NCBI RefSeq assembly: GCF_021028975.2
Contig: NC_059427.1
Location: 125,178,001 to 125,242,000, forward strand
DNA from: Sphaerodactylus townsendi
Lineage: Eukaryota
DNA: 64,000 nucleotides
Reading direction: 5' to 3'
Position 1 is the stretch's first letter, and each line of letters opens with the position of its first letter. This document shows, piece by piece, positions 10,659-28,658 of the stretch. The notes below the pieces were generated by a model. That model had not been told where the DNA came from, searched no databases, and was given only the letters and a program-made list of their open reading frames with translations. The translations under genes and the position numbers were made by a program.

Positions 10659-12297
10659 TCTATATATATATAAATCTAAACGTGTGTTTTTGTCCCTGAT
10701 GGTCTCCCTCAGAAGCTGCTGGACGGATTGTCCCCAAATTTTCACAGGACGTCCCTCCCTGTTGCAGGCAGGTAATCAGACCTTCAAATCACTGAAAGTT
10801 AATACCTGAGCCAGGTAAAACGTCTTTTTCCTGGCGCACTAGGCCATGAAGCTGCTGTGTTTAACTGTCACCCTTAGAATGTTTGTGCAGCCCAGGGGTC
10901 CCCAAACTACGGCCTGGGGGCCAGATGTGGCCCCCTGAAGGCATTTATCTGGCCCGCCAGGCATGGCAGCGATTGCTCCATTCATGTGCAGTGGGGGCTC
11001 GAGGGAGAGGAGGAACTGGCCCCAACGGCTGTTGATTGCAGTTACATGATGGCACCCCCAAATCTCCATGCATTTTCTGACCCAGAGTTGGAAACCTTAC
11101 ATGTGGCAATGCCTGCTCCGCCCTTCCCTCTCGGCTACTCCATGTGTTGCTCTCAGGCTTTCTGTTCCGCCTCACTCCCATTGGCATCAGCCAGGCTGGC
11201 GAATCGCTCACTGGCTGCTAGGGAGGAAAGAACCCAGGAAGATACCTGATCCTGGGTTAGATGGAATGCTTCATTGGGAAAGTTCTGCATTTTTTTTTTT
11301 TTACAGTGGAAGATATTCCACAGCCTCCCCAACAATATTTGGAGCCCACCCTGTACTTGACATACTTTGGTCACTGTTCTAAAAATAGACCATGACAGAA
11401 AGGCTGAAAGGTGAAATCAAACATTTTACCATCATTTGTGCATAGGAATTTGTTCATAGTTTTTTTTAGTCTGGCCCTCCAACAGTCTGAGGGTCAGTGA
11501 ACTGGCCCCGTTTAAAAAGTTTGGGGACCCCTGGTGCAGCCTGTTTGTCTGTGGCCCGAGGGCTTAGAATGTTCGTGCAGATGGGCAGAGATGAGCAGTG
11601 GAAACAGTACATAGGTAATACTGTTAGGTAATACAAGTGGAAGTGAAACACATACACACTTTGCCGTGTGAGATGTCAGGTGGGGTTCCTCCCCCCACAT
11701 GCAGGTAACTTTCACTCTCTGTGCCTCACCCACTGCTACCACACAATACTCATCCAGCTCATCCTCACACACCTCACTCTGCCCTCCCTCACATCCAACC
11801 ACCACTTACCCACTTCCTCACCCATATTCGCCACAGCTCTCTTACTAAAAACGAGCTGGAGTTTGCCTTTTTCTTCTAAGACAATCCGCAGGGTGGGGGC
11901 GAACCAACACTACTGGCTCCGCTTCTTTTGCACATGGCCCTTTAAGAACCCAGGGAGCTGGCCTCGATCTGAGCGCCTCACCACCCTGCCTCTGCTGCCT
12001 GACTGGGATAGCCTGCTTGCCCCAGTTCTGCCTTACCCAAGCCAGGACTGTGCGTGTCAACCAGCCTCATGGACAGCGGGATTCGAACTCTGGACAGTTC
12101 TGTTGTGGAATGGAAAGGGTTACCTTATAAAACAAGACCGCACCATACAACAATGTGCATTGAAAAGGGAAAGAGGAATTCCATTTGACCATCCCAAAAG
12201 GCTATGCAGGGTAGTATTGGACCTGCATGGACATCTGTGTGGGTTGCGGACTGTGATGAGGACAATTGCCACAGCAACGTGTGGCCGGGCCCGCTAG
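10659..12297 (+). mobile_element. Non-autonomous Helitron copy B (complete)
   Basis: 5' A|TC and 3' CTAG|T termini, no TSD, subterminal hairpin at 12268-12285. Confidence 0.88.
10893..11533. mobile_element. hAT non-autonomous element nested in Helitron B
   Basis: TIRs CAGGGGTCCCCAAACT / AGTTTGGGGACCCCTG. Perfect 8-bp TSD GTGCAGCC. Absent from copy A. Confidence 0.9.
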
Positions 12298-13279
12298 TTG
12301 ATATTTATGTCGCTTTCCAGCAGAAATGGGAGAGAGGCTTTATCAGGCAGTGCTGATTAGATTACACGTCACAGATTGCAATTTTCCTGAAATCTCTTGA
12401 AACATTTGAGAATCCCAGAATGCTTGAAAGGTACATAAAAAGAAAACATATTTCATACACATAACATGATGCAGGTGGCATGGGGAGGCGCAAATGCCAG
12501 AAACTCCCCAGCCACCTGAAAGTCCTTCATCGGCCAAAACAGCACCTAACACCACAGGCTGGGATGATACTATCCTAAGATTTGAACCTGGCTTTTTTTT
12601 TAGCTGTAGGAAATAGCAAGGATCCAGTAGCACCTTCAAGACTTAACAACATTTTAAATGTTTTGTTGCTTCCAGCCTGATAAAGAGTCCTGGCGAGGTG
12701 TGCACAATGTTTTGTTTTATGTCATTTGGTCTGTCCTCTAAACATATTACATGATTGTGTTTCTTTTTCTGGATTTTTCATGGCCAACACAACCAATCAC
12801 ACCTTTAAAAAAAACAACCTCAGGTCAGCAACACAACACAACACTCTTGTAGATCAAAATGTTCTGTACCTTTCTGAATACTGCCATTTTTGATGTGGAC
12901 CATGTATCCTTTTCCTGCTTGTCTTACCTGCTTGTCAGAAGGGCATTTTTGATGGTATACGAATACATAGATAACATATATATTTCTTTCACCTTTATGA
13001 TGGAGAAAATTTTCCTTTAATAATGGTCAGAAAATCCTGTTCCTATTGTCAGAATCTAATAAGATCTCCAAGGTCCTGCAAGATCTCCAATGGAGGTGGG
13101 CAGGAGATCTCTCCACCCTGCTCCTCACTCCCCCTGCCATGGCAGCTAGAGCTAGGTTTCTGCAAGGCTTTGACAGCTCCTTCACTTCCTTCCATAGCAG
13201 GGGAACATGTAGGAAGGGAAACCAGAGCCCAGGGCAAAATAGTACACAGGCCTGTCTGCAGCAGCTTCACTTCATGCAT

Positions 13280-13495
13280 GTGATGAAGTAGGCTATAATC
13301 GGTGGAAGGTTAAGCTTCAATAAATGTGTTCGTCTTTAATGTGCTGTAAGACTTTTGTAGCACCTTAAAGACCAATATAATTTCCAGGGTGTAAGCTTTT
13401 GAGAGTCAAAGCCCACTTTGTCATATCTGATGATGATAGCTTTGACTCTTGAAAGCTTACACTCTAGAAATCTTGTGCTACTGGACATCAGTTTT
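13280..13495. mobile_element. Degenerate Penelope-like (Neptune-type) terminal remnants in inverted arrangement
   Basis: Inverted pair ...GTAAGCTTTTGAGAGTCAAAGC... / CTGATGA...GCTTTGACTCTTGAAAGCTTAC, containing a decayed CTGANGA...GAAA core. Confidence 0.5.
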
Positions 13496-15375
13496 ACTCT
13501 TCTACTACAGACAAACACAGCTTCCTAACCAATACAAGACTTTTGTTTTCCTAAAACAGATTAACGTGGCGACCGTACTAAAATCTGCAAGTAGTTAGAA
13601 TAATAACTCCCAAACTGTGAGCCAGGGTACACTTGAGTGCCATGAGAATAAATAAAGGATTCTGTGATCTAAAGATTCCTATTCACTCACCCACTGTGTC
13701 TTTTCTAGCCTTTCCAGCCCTCAGCTGGGGAAGGGTAATTCTGTAGAATCTTTGTTTTGGATGTGAATTCACTGTTGGATGTTGGAGATGTTACTCATTG
13801 TAACTCTGCCTGAGTCACTAGTCTGGACCTGCTTCCCTTCAATTATGCGTATACAGAAAAGTGACTCATGTAAAAATACATGGAGGTAGACTACTCCAAG
13901 GACATGCAAGTCTTATTCCCTCATACCCTAAAAGCAAACTTCAGGTGTAAAAGTAAAGTCTTGCCACTTCTGTGCCTCTGCTATCGCAAGTTTGGGAGGC
14001 AATTAAGTTAAGGATAATGGCATTACTTAACTAATATTGTCTTCATATTTCAGTGATGGGCAGGGCTTTGAAAACACTCTTGTCCTTCTAGATTCACCTG
14101 TATAACCTTCCCCTTTGCAGGGTCATCTTTGTTAGCATTATTATTGTATGTTGGAAAGGTCACAGACAATAATAATTTATTAAGAACGTCTCATTTGGTG
14201 TTTCAAAGGGTTTCCAATAACACATAGCAGGCGGGGGAGGCAGAAAGGACTGGGCACTCAATAGCCAGGATGAAGCATCAAAAACAGCTGGTCTGTGGGC
14301 TGTGAGGCTACATAGCAAAGCTATGGCAAAAACCCTTTTGCTATTGGAGATGGGGATAGAACCCTTACAGATATAATTTAAACAGGACTATTTCTTTACA
14401 GGTCACACCTTTCTATCTCACTGTGGATCTAAAGAGCATATGGGCACTGATAAGAATATTGTGCTCTTGGCAATAATCTTTGCAGAGGCTCTGTGTAGGT
14501 GAAATACACAGGGGGCATTACAAACGATGAATCACATCACTTATTTATTGGAACCTCCCTGTGTCCTCATTTACACTGTGGGCAACTGCTTGGCAATATG
14601 AGAGATCTGGCATTACTGCTTTTGGGAAACCAACACATTGTATTACTAGCCAAGTGTGCAAGAAGATGCAGGCACAAATTTGCAGTTATTCACTCCTCCC
14701 TCCTGCCCCTTTCCCCTAATATTCTCTAATACAACGTTTATACTGAAAGGTCACAGATCTGAACCATATAATGCCCGAACTTTGCCAATAACAACAAAGT
14801 AGGTTTCAAGATTGTTGCCCACAGGCTTAAGGTCTAAACAGAGGAACTGAGATAACAGGAATACAACTCACAAATGAGATACAGAATGGAAGGGAAAGGT
14901 TACCTCAGTTCCCCAGAACATAAATGGCTGAGAATGTGCACTGAATGGGAACATAAATGATTCCCAACTCTTAGTGCATATGAGGCATGGCCTAGGGTAT
15001 TTCAGGCATTGCGAGAGATGTCTGAGTTTTGGAAAACATGAAAAAGGTATTTATCTACTTCTTTAGCTTTTCCCACCAACTATCATACACAGTGTTAAGT
15101 CTGGAAGTCACACAGTGTGTAATATTGCAGAAAGGCATAGAAACCAGAACCACAGAGGGTCAAAGTCCTGATTACACATGGTTGGCAGCATTAGCTATCA
15201 ATGTGCCAGCAGTACTTCCACTTTCCCCATCTTCCTTCAGTTTTCCTTTCAACAACACTGGAAAGGTAGGAGGTATCTTCTATATTGTGTTCCAGGAGCA
15301 GGCAGAAATTCACTCCTTAGCAAGTGAGCCATCCATAGAATCCAAAAGGGGAACAGAGAAAGAAAATTGTCACAA

Positions 15376-15724
15376 TCATTCTTTGAATTTCCATTCCTGC
15401 CGGCACATTGGGCAGTGCTGCTGAAGTTGCTGGGAGTTGAGCCACTTCAAAATACAATGCATATGAAAACAGTGGGAACACTGACCCCATACCAGAGGGC
15501 AGTCATCTCCGGGCACCTTACCTGCAAAATATAAGCTTAATTAGGAGAAAGCTGTCAAAAGATCATATACATATGTAAATATGAATATCAGTGGGCACAC
15601 GGCCTTACTACTCACAGTCTGGGCAGCAGCCATTGAAGGCCATCCGGCAAATTCCACAATTCTCATCATTGGCAACCCAGAGCCAAGAAGCAACTCCATG
15701 CCAGCACTTGATTTTCACTTTCAT
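15376..15724 (-). CDS. ANAPC11: APC/C subunit 11 (RING-H2), 84 aa; coding exons 15724-15616 and 15521-15376
   Basis: Missed by the ORF track. Spliced translation is MKVKIKCWHGVASWLWVANDENCGICRMAFNGCCPD-C-KVPGDDCPLVWGQCSHCFHMHCILKWL...QQHCPMCRQEWKFKE*. Exons total 109+146=255 nt across a GT-AG intron. Upstream acceptor at about 15760. Confidence 0.96.
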
Positions 15725-16726
15725 TATGTCCAGACCACACACTAAGCTTAAGATGGAATCTGACAGAATAAGAAAGAAGCTGGATGGAAAGTAGGTTCAT
15801 TTCTATAGATCCTCCAATCCTTAAACAAAGCCGAATGTTGCATTTCTCTATAAAGCTCACTAAAATATCTTAGAACTTTTTTTGATATTAAATAGTGTAA
15901 AACATGCTAAAATCAGTACTCAACATTTACAAATAACTAGACTGTGTGCGAAGGCTTGGGAAAACAGTCAAGTATGCTAACAGTTCTTCACTGTTTCTTT
16001 AATTCCAGCATCCTCACAGGGAAGGCTGAACAGGGAAGAAACAAAATATTTGTAGAAGCAGCCAATTCAGTTTAAGATGAGCATTTCCACTTTGGTCACT
16101 GGGCAGAATGTCAAAAAAGGGCTAAGATCAGCAATAACCATTCCAACCAGCACAGAAATCAGAATTTCTTTGACACATAAAACACAGAGTATTAAAACTT
16201 TTAGCACCACAGTAATCCAAGAGTTTCATGCAAGATACTAGCAGTCATGCAGCAGTAAAGCCCTAAATTAGTGAAGGGCAAAAAGATACCCTGTACAAGG
16301 GTCTCACAAAAGCACACCTGACTGTCTCTAACAAGTGGCTGCTGCATACATTTAGATCTCCATTATTTATGCAGGAGCATAACTTCACAACAATATAAAT
16401 AAACACAACATGTTAAAAGTCCACATTTCAGAAGGAGGGAAAAATCAGAAGAGAGACGGCAAAAGAGAAGCCAGGGGAAATCTCAGCAAAAGCAACCAAG
16501 TCTTGACAAGGCTAAGACCTGGTTTCCTCATGCCAGAGGACAAGGTGATAAAATGGAACGCTATGGCAGAATGGCATTTCCTATAGTTTAAACAGAAAAT
16601 GTCTATGTTGTTGCTCCTCCACAGACCTGGTCCAGGCAGCTCGAGTTGGACTGCAAATGACAGTCTGAATGTTAATAAAACAAAACACTCCACACAACTA
16701 GAAAACTAGCACATCAGATGAGAAGA

Positions 16727-16815
16727 TGAAGATGCAAGCCACAGATGCAGGTGAAACGTCAGGAGAGAATGCTCCTAGAACACGGACATACAGCCCGGAA
16801 ACCACACAGCACCCC
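16727..16815 (+). mobile_element. Penelope-like terminal fragment
   Basis: Same sequence as 26535-26617 and 47431-47520. Confidence 0.7.
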
Positions 16816-17099
16816 ATTTTCAAGTTGTGTTGATTCGTTAAATGCAGAGAGCTTTTTTTTAACACAGATCACTGCACTAAAAAGTAATCCCTCATGTGCA
16901 GCATGTAGTCATTTTTGTACCCCATTCTCCCGCATACACGAGGCATGCCTAAAATGAGTGCCTTGGACTGTCTGAGAGGCAGAGGAGAACCAGACAAACG
17001 GAACATCGGATAAACTAACGGGGAGATCTTAATGAAACTACGGATATTAAATAGTCTTTTCCTGAGGAGAAAAACAAAAATCACTCCCTATCGCCCGTC

Positions 17100-17450
17100 C
17101 CAGAAAAGAAACACGCTCCTCTCTCATTTCTGCCTCCCATCCCTCCCTCTTCACAGCTCGCTCAATTGCCCCAACCTTTGCGGCGAAACTCAACTGTTTC
17201 TTCCTCTCCTACCTCCTCTCCGTTTCGCCGCCCCCCCGGAAGTCCCGCCCCTCTACTTTCCCAACCTCCCTCACGCGCCCAACTCCCATAAAACCTCGCG
17301 TGTCGACGACGGACGCGCCTTTCGTTCACATAAATCGAAGTTTCCACGTGCGCGCTCTTTGCTCTCATTCCGTCTCCACCCTATCCGGTTCCGGACCCGG
17401 TGTAGCGCGGCCGGAAGCGTAGGCCCCTGGAGCCGGAGGGAGCCGCCATC
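17100..17450. promoter_or_regulatory. Bidirectional CpG-island promoter shared by ANAPC11 and ALYREF
   Basis: Head-to-head genes. ETS/GABP CCGGAAGT at about 17236, a GC box, E-box CACGTG at about 17345, and further CCGGAA sites near 17390-17418. Confidence 0.75.
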
Positions 17451-22568
<5,118 letters not shown>

Positions 22569-22834
22569 ACCAGTTGGCGCGTTTTGTGCATGGAAAGGAC
22601 TGCAGACATCTCATTCCATGCTCCCCAGGGGGAGGGGAAGGGTGTATGGCGGCTATTAATATCAAGGATGGGATTTGTTTTACTTTTAAGTTTTTGGAAT
22701 AGGTTTTAAACTCATGTAAAGGTTTCTTTCTTTTTTTTTAAATTCTGAAACAGATCTGTTTTGTACCGAGTTATTTTTGGGAAAAATTTAACTGGTTGCC
22801 TGTTGGGCCTTGGTGGCTTTTTCACCTTGGCAGT

Positions 22835-22840
22835 AATAAA
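22835..22840 (+). terminator. ALYREF poly(A) signal
   Basis: AATAAA about 270 nt after the stop codon, following a U-rich 3' UTR. Confidence 0.7.
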
Positions 22841-25800
22841 ATAGAAATGTGTCTAGAGCTGTAAATGTCTGCTTCCTGTTGCAGCTGGAGCCTAGCGTTG
22901 GGGCTGCAGCCAATATGTGTTAGGGAAGCAGGTATCTGCCTGCAGGCCCCCTAGCAACAGAGTTGGTGCTGAGTTGCCCTTCCCATGAGGAGGGATTCTG
23001 CTCTCTCTCAGGTCTCTCTCCTCCACTGTGTCCCAGTAGGGGCTTGTGAACTTGTGCATCCCCCTATCTCCTTTGTGCCGACTCTTCTCTTTTTGTCTGT
23101 GCTAAAGCCAGCCAGTGTGACTACTTTTTGCAGGGAAGTGGTGTTGGGGTTCTGCAGTAAAATAGCTCCACCCTCTGTTATGGAGAGGGAATTAATTTCT
23201 TGTTGAATTCATTTTTGTATTTAAAACTTGATCCCAAAGTTCAGTGCTGGTCCCACTTCAGTATTTTTACTGTACAATAGTTGCTGTGAATTCAGTGACT
23301 CCAACATGCCAAGTAAAGATTTAGTCTTTCAACTTGCAATTCCATAATGAATTCCTTTTTTGAAGTAAATCTGTTTGATGGCATTTTTTTTACAGTGCAC
23401 ACTGTTCTCACAATTTCCTGTGCTTTGGAATAAAATTATTTTTAGGTTTTTCCGTAATGGGGAGGATGGGAATGTGCGTCACAGTAATATGGCCACGGTT
23501 TTTAACTTGTGTTGGGATAAATCCAAAGCTGATGTTAGAAAAGTAGTGCCAGTCAGTCCCATCCAAGAGCATATCCCATATTCTAGTACTCCAGTCCATT
23601 AAATAATTTTTCCAGTGGGAAAAAACTTTCAATTTCAAAGACGCAAACGAGTTTTTCATGGTGGTTGGGGCAGAGAGAATAAGAAAACTTCAATACCTTG
23701 AAAAAAAGCGGATGTAGCAAAATACCAAAGTTTGTTCCATACAATGACCAGCATATTATTATTAAACTTGTACTCTGCTCATCCCTGGCCACAATGTATG
23801 AGGTGATGTATCTGGTAATAATTTTTATACAGCAGTGAAACAAACATAAGATACTTGCTGGATAATGGCAGCTATCAGTAACTTGATATTGACAATTTGT
23901 TTGCTTTCATATCAGTTTTTATAAACATTAATATCATTGTGACAATTAGTGGATAGACTTCTTTTATGTGAGAACCTTGCATTGTTCCACTGAAACCCTG
24001 TAATTATGATTTTGTATGTGGAAGACGTGACAGGGTGTGTAAAGTATTATGTCTGATTCCATACCAAATAAGAGGTAGTGCGCCATTAGATATTATCCTC
24101 ATAATATTTAATACTTAACCTTTTTGTGACAGTTAAAACTTTCAGAAGAAAACCTGTTCCCATTAGGCAAAATACCTCTATTTCAATTAGTTTTCAGATC
24201 TATTTCTTTGTGACAGGTATTCCATATTGCTAATAGTGTGGAGTCTGTTTCCAAAATTAATGCTCTACACAGATGTCCATTAGCTATGTTTGCTGACAGC
24301 TGGGAAACTGTGAAACTTATTTTAAAAATTCTCTTCTGCCATAGTTTGTAGTGGTTAATACAGAAAGTGCTGTTAAAACAGACCAGAAGGATTTTAAAAA
24401 TTTAACTGTAGCAGAACACTAAACAATATGTTCAATAAAATCAAGAATTTGACTAAAAGCCTAGCTGGAAAAGAATGTTTGGGAAAATTGGAATCTTCAC
24501 TTTCTTCCTGGATAACACTAAATTAAATTCTTGGTCTTAAAGGAAAAAATATTCACTGTGTAGAAATCTGTAAGTGTTGTAAGTAAGCTTTTGAAATATT
24601 CTTCCAATAGAAAAGCTTTTTTTTAAATAGCTATCAGTATATTTGAAAACCTTAGCACTAGCTTCTGCAGGGTGCTCTGTATTGCTTCCCCTTGGTACTA
24701 TTCTATGTTTTCCTAGAAATCAAAAATATAGCAAACTGTCACTTAACATGTCACCAAAGGAAGAATGGGTAATATCTGTGTGCATCATTTGGTATGTATG
24801 AGTGGATATATACCTTAAACTGCTCTTTCTTCCATCTTTAGTAGTCTTAATTGAAAACAGATACATGGATATGGTCAATGGAAACTTACAAAATATGTAA
24901 AATATAGAAACTGCAAATCAGCCATAAGTAACAATGCACCAAGTATAGCTGTAGTAAATAACTGATTAGGTTAACAAAAATATTATTAATTGGAGGTCAT
25001 ACAGTCTAGAGAACAAATATGACAGGCTGTAGCAATTACCTAGTTTGTATAGTTCAGTTAGTCAAGAAATCAGACAGCAACCTAAATACTGAATTCCACG
25101 CCTATGTTCAGTGGTCTCAAGAACAAACTATGGAATGTTACCGTTTGTGTGCTGATTTAAAAGTGATGAATGGAGGTTCTTTTCCTTACCTCTTTTTGGA
25201 ACAGCAATTTGCCATGGGTATATCCTCACATAAGCTACTTTTGCTCAAGATTTCCAAAGCATATTTATTAGGAAGCAAACACCATTGAACAGTGCAAGGA
25301 AGTATACTGCATCTCTGCATTAGTATCAGCTCACCAGTGGAGCAGCAAAGTTTATTTGATCTGAATCCTTGAGTCGTTACAGTTGGATGAAGTATCCCAT
25401 GTTGAAATTCTGGAATGCCATCTCACTGGGTGACCCTGGGTCAATCTCTCTACCCAGCTGAAGAAATGGATTGGGAGAGCCACAGTTGTATCCAAAAATT
25501 CTACAAGAGAAGACACAGAAGTAACTACCCATGGTCGTTGCCTGCAAGCTCAAATTGGTACAATGCCCCCATAATGATCTGCATCCCCATCCGAATAATA
25601 TTTCTTAAAATCCTTATGAGGCCAACCTTCCTTTGGTTTAAAACACCCCTAACATAAGCTTCTAACCAACAATGGGTCACCTAATGAAGACAAATATCAA
25701 AATACCCTGCAACAAATTAAGAGGTTAACTTAGCATTCATGTACAGTTAGGCAATGTTATAGGATCCACTAACAGCTGAATGAAAGTTGGACTCATTCAC

Positions 25801-26525
25801 CTCATTATCCAGGATATATAGGCTGTTCTGTTAACAGTGCCTCTCTGCTGTCTATATATAGGTCAAACTATTTAGTCTGGAAAAGAAACTGATCCAAATC
25901 TGACATTAACAAAATAATGACATTGGTTCACATATTTCACACTACGGCCCCCCAATCTGTTCCATCTCCTTATGAGTGTGTTGTACATTAGCAAAATCTG
26001 GATTTCCCCTTGTTTAACTAGCTTATTGAAACTAAGGCTTTATTCACTAGGTTTGAATTTCACATTATTTCAAGGCCTCTTGACCCTTCTCTTCATGCAT
26101 AAAATGTCTATGTTGTGAAACTTCACATAACTAAGAATTGGGCTTCACAAAACTGTGCCATCAAGTTGCAGCTGCTATAGAGTTTGAGGCAAGTGGGTAA
26201 GCAAAGGTGGTTTGCAGTTGTCTACATCAAAAGTATCTGGTAGTCTTCCATCTGAATACTGACACTTGGCTTCCTAATCTGTCTGTATTATACCATTCCA
26301 CATATCCATAAAAGGTTCAACAATAAAATTTTGTTAGTCTCTAAAGTGTCCTGTTTATTTCAGCATCACAAACTTGTGTGGATTACATGGGAGGGACTAT
26401 AAGAAGGCCATCCTGAGGTTGGAGAAAAGGTGCAGAAATATAGATGGCTGTGTTGAAGGGATGTACCAATGACAAGATTGCCAACTTGATTTCCAAGGGT
26501 TGTGCTGAAATACAAGTTAAAAGTA

Positions 26526-26617
26526 TTGTCGAAGGTGCCAGCCACAGATGCAGGCGAAACGTCAGGAGAGAATGCTGCTAGAACACGGCCATACAGCCCG
26601 GAAACCACACAGCACCC
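26526..26617 (+). mobile_element. Short Penelope-like insertion
   Basis: Flanked by the 12-bp duplication AAGTTAAAAGTA. It starts with the inverted stub TTGTCGAAGG, as the 47339 copy does. Confidence 0.8.
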
Positions 26618-27299
26618 AAGTTAAAAGTAGTTGTGTTAAAAAATGTGGAACAGATTTAGAGACCTGCTGTGCACCTGGAATGTTAGCCCCCAGGGTGGAA
26701 TAAAAGTCCTTGAATTCAGAAAAACTGCAGGGAATGTAATGACAGTTCCTGAGAGTGAAATCTGCTCTTGGATGGGAACATCAGATTCCAGAATAGAGTA
26801 ACAGTCCCTGGGACTGGTCCTAGGGACTAACATTCCTCTTCAAGAGCAGTTTACCTTGTCACAGGGACCCCCCCCCCCCATTCTACTGGGGGGAGCTATC
26901 ATTCCAGCAGCAGAATACTAATGCTTATTTCACGGGACGTCATTCCACTCTGGAGGCCGTCTTTTCACTCTATATATGTATAGATCTATAGGCCTTCAGG
27001 TATTCATTTTATGGTATTGGTGCTAACCGTACTCCTCTGGCTGATGGCATCTGTTAGCCTACGATAGCTCTTTTATTATTTTGGGTACTCAGAATAAATG
27101 GGCAATTTCACTGTTCCCAGTGGGCATCGCTGTCATCAGTTTTAGAACATTTTGGTATTGAACCAAGACCTAATTTACATAGTTAACCCATAAATGAACT
27201 TAACTCCTGCAGTTACAGCAGGCTCGACTGGCGGCGGGGGGGGGGGGGGCTGAACTATTATTATGCCCCGCTTTCTGCGACGGTTCTAGAAGCGGAGGT

Positions 27300-27829
27300 C
27301 TCCATTACCTCCCCGCCTTTACGGAGGAAGCTTGACCCGCCCTATAATCGCAGGGGTAAAAAAGCCATCCCCGTTCCAAGATGGCTGCCGGGCGGGTAAA
27401 AGGCAACGAGAGATACTCTAGCCGTAGAATGTGTTGTCTATGGTCAACTCCCGCCTGTTTCGGTTCCCTCTTCCTCCGCCCCCTGAGTAGAAAGTGCCTC
27501 GGTACTGGAAAAGAGATGGATGGACTCAAGGAAGCCAGGGTCCTCCATTTTGCAAGCTGTGAAAAAGCGGACGGTTTGAAGAACGTTAATAGGCAAGAGC
27601 TCCATCAGTCGGAACTTGTAGCCCGACGGCAAGCATACAGCATACAAATGAATCACAGAGCATACGAACGAAACGGTCCGCTCACCGGAAGTGACGTGCC
27701 GCTGGACTGTAACCCCGCCCTTCTGCCTAGGGGAGTCGCGGAAGTGCGGGGGCGCGCGTGGGGTGGATCTGGGCGGTGGCGGGCGGCAATTGTCACTGGT
27801 GGCGGCAACAGCAGCGTTAGAGCAGCGAG
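27300..27829 (+). promoter_or_regulatory. ARHGDIA: ARHGDIA CpG-island promoter and non-coding exon 1
   Basis: YY1-like CAAGATGGCTGCC at about 27377, ETS-CRE composite CCGGAAGTGACGT at 27685-27697, several GC boxes, and donor GAG|GTAAAG at 27829. Confidence 0.7.
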
Positions 27830-28530
27830 GTAAAGTGGAAGCCCGGGCTCGGGAGCGGTCCTTTCGGTTCTTGCCGGCCGGAAGGTTGCAGCTCGGGGGC
27901 GGGGTGGGGGGCTCGCTTTTTGTATGTTGGGTTCTCTCTTGCTCTTTTCTGCTTCTTCCGTGGCCGCCGCCCTCTGTCGGTTGTGCTTTAAGACGGCTTC
28001 CCTACCTTTCCCTCTCGCCCGCCCCGCTTCCTTCTCAGTTCTTTACACAGCTCCGTTATTTGATACATCTTTTTTTTCTTTTCGACCGTTTCCTCGTTTG
28101 AAGAGCTGTGAACTTTACTCGCCTTCATTCTCGTGGCAAAGCTGCTACTTCCTTGCTCCGCTCTTATCTCGTTTCCTTTCCTTTGCTTGGCATTCTCGCT
28201 GTTAGAGACGCTGTCGTTTCTCCTTTGGGTCGCTGCCCTCGCATATGCAATCGTGTAGTCGTTATTTTGAGTATATAATGGTTTTTTTGTCATTGGTGGA
28301 GAGTTCCTGTTCCCCTGTCTTGACTTCTTTAGTATCTATGGCTTTGGGAATGTAGTATAACGGTGTGGCTGTTGAAGTCCTTGCACGCTTTTCTGTTCTT
28401 CCTAAACAACTAAATATGTAGGACATACCAAACCACACAAATCACTTCACGCTGTGCCATGGAGAGAAACACAACTGACCACGACATGCCTCTGAAAAAG
28501 ACAGACAAAGATATGGGTGAAACGCTAGGA

Positions 28531-28658
28531 CAGGAGTCTGCAACCTGCGGCTCTCCAGATGTTCATGAACTACAAATCCCATCAGCCCCTGCCAGCGCGG
28601 GGGCTGATGAGATTTGTAGTCCATGAGCATCTGGAGAGCCGCAGGCTGCAGACCCCTG
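28531..28658. mobile_element. Palindromic hAT MITE
   Basis: Near-perfect fold-back, TSD CGCTAGGA. Confidence 0.88.

Noticed and set aside
4923-12297. A single giant TIR transposon (Maverick or foldback type) with long inverted repeats capturing a retrovirus
   Set aside because: There is no TSD. Each arm has its own Helitron 5' TC and 3' hairpin-CTAG ends, so these are two separate Helitron insertions.
11668-12297. 209-aa ORF (and its 129-aa counterpart at 5117-5506) as a novel gene
   Set aside because: It lies inside Helitron copies, has no recognisable domain, and its frame is not preserved between the two copies.
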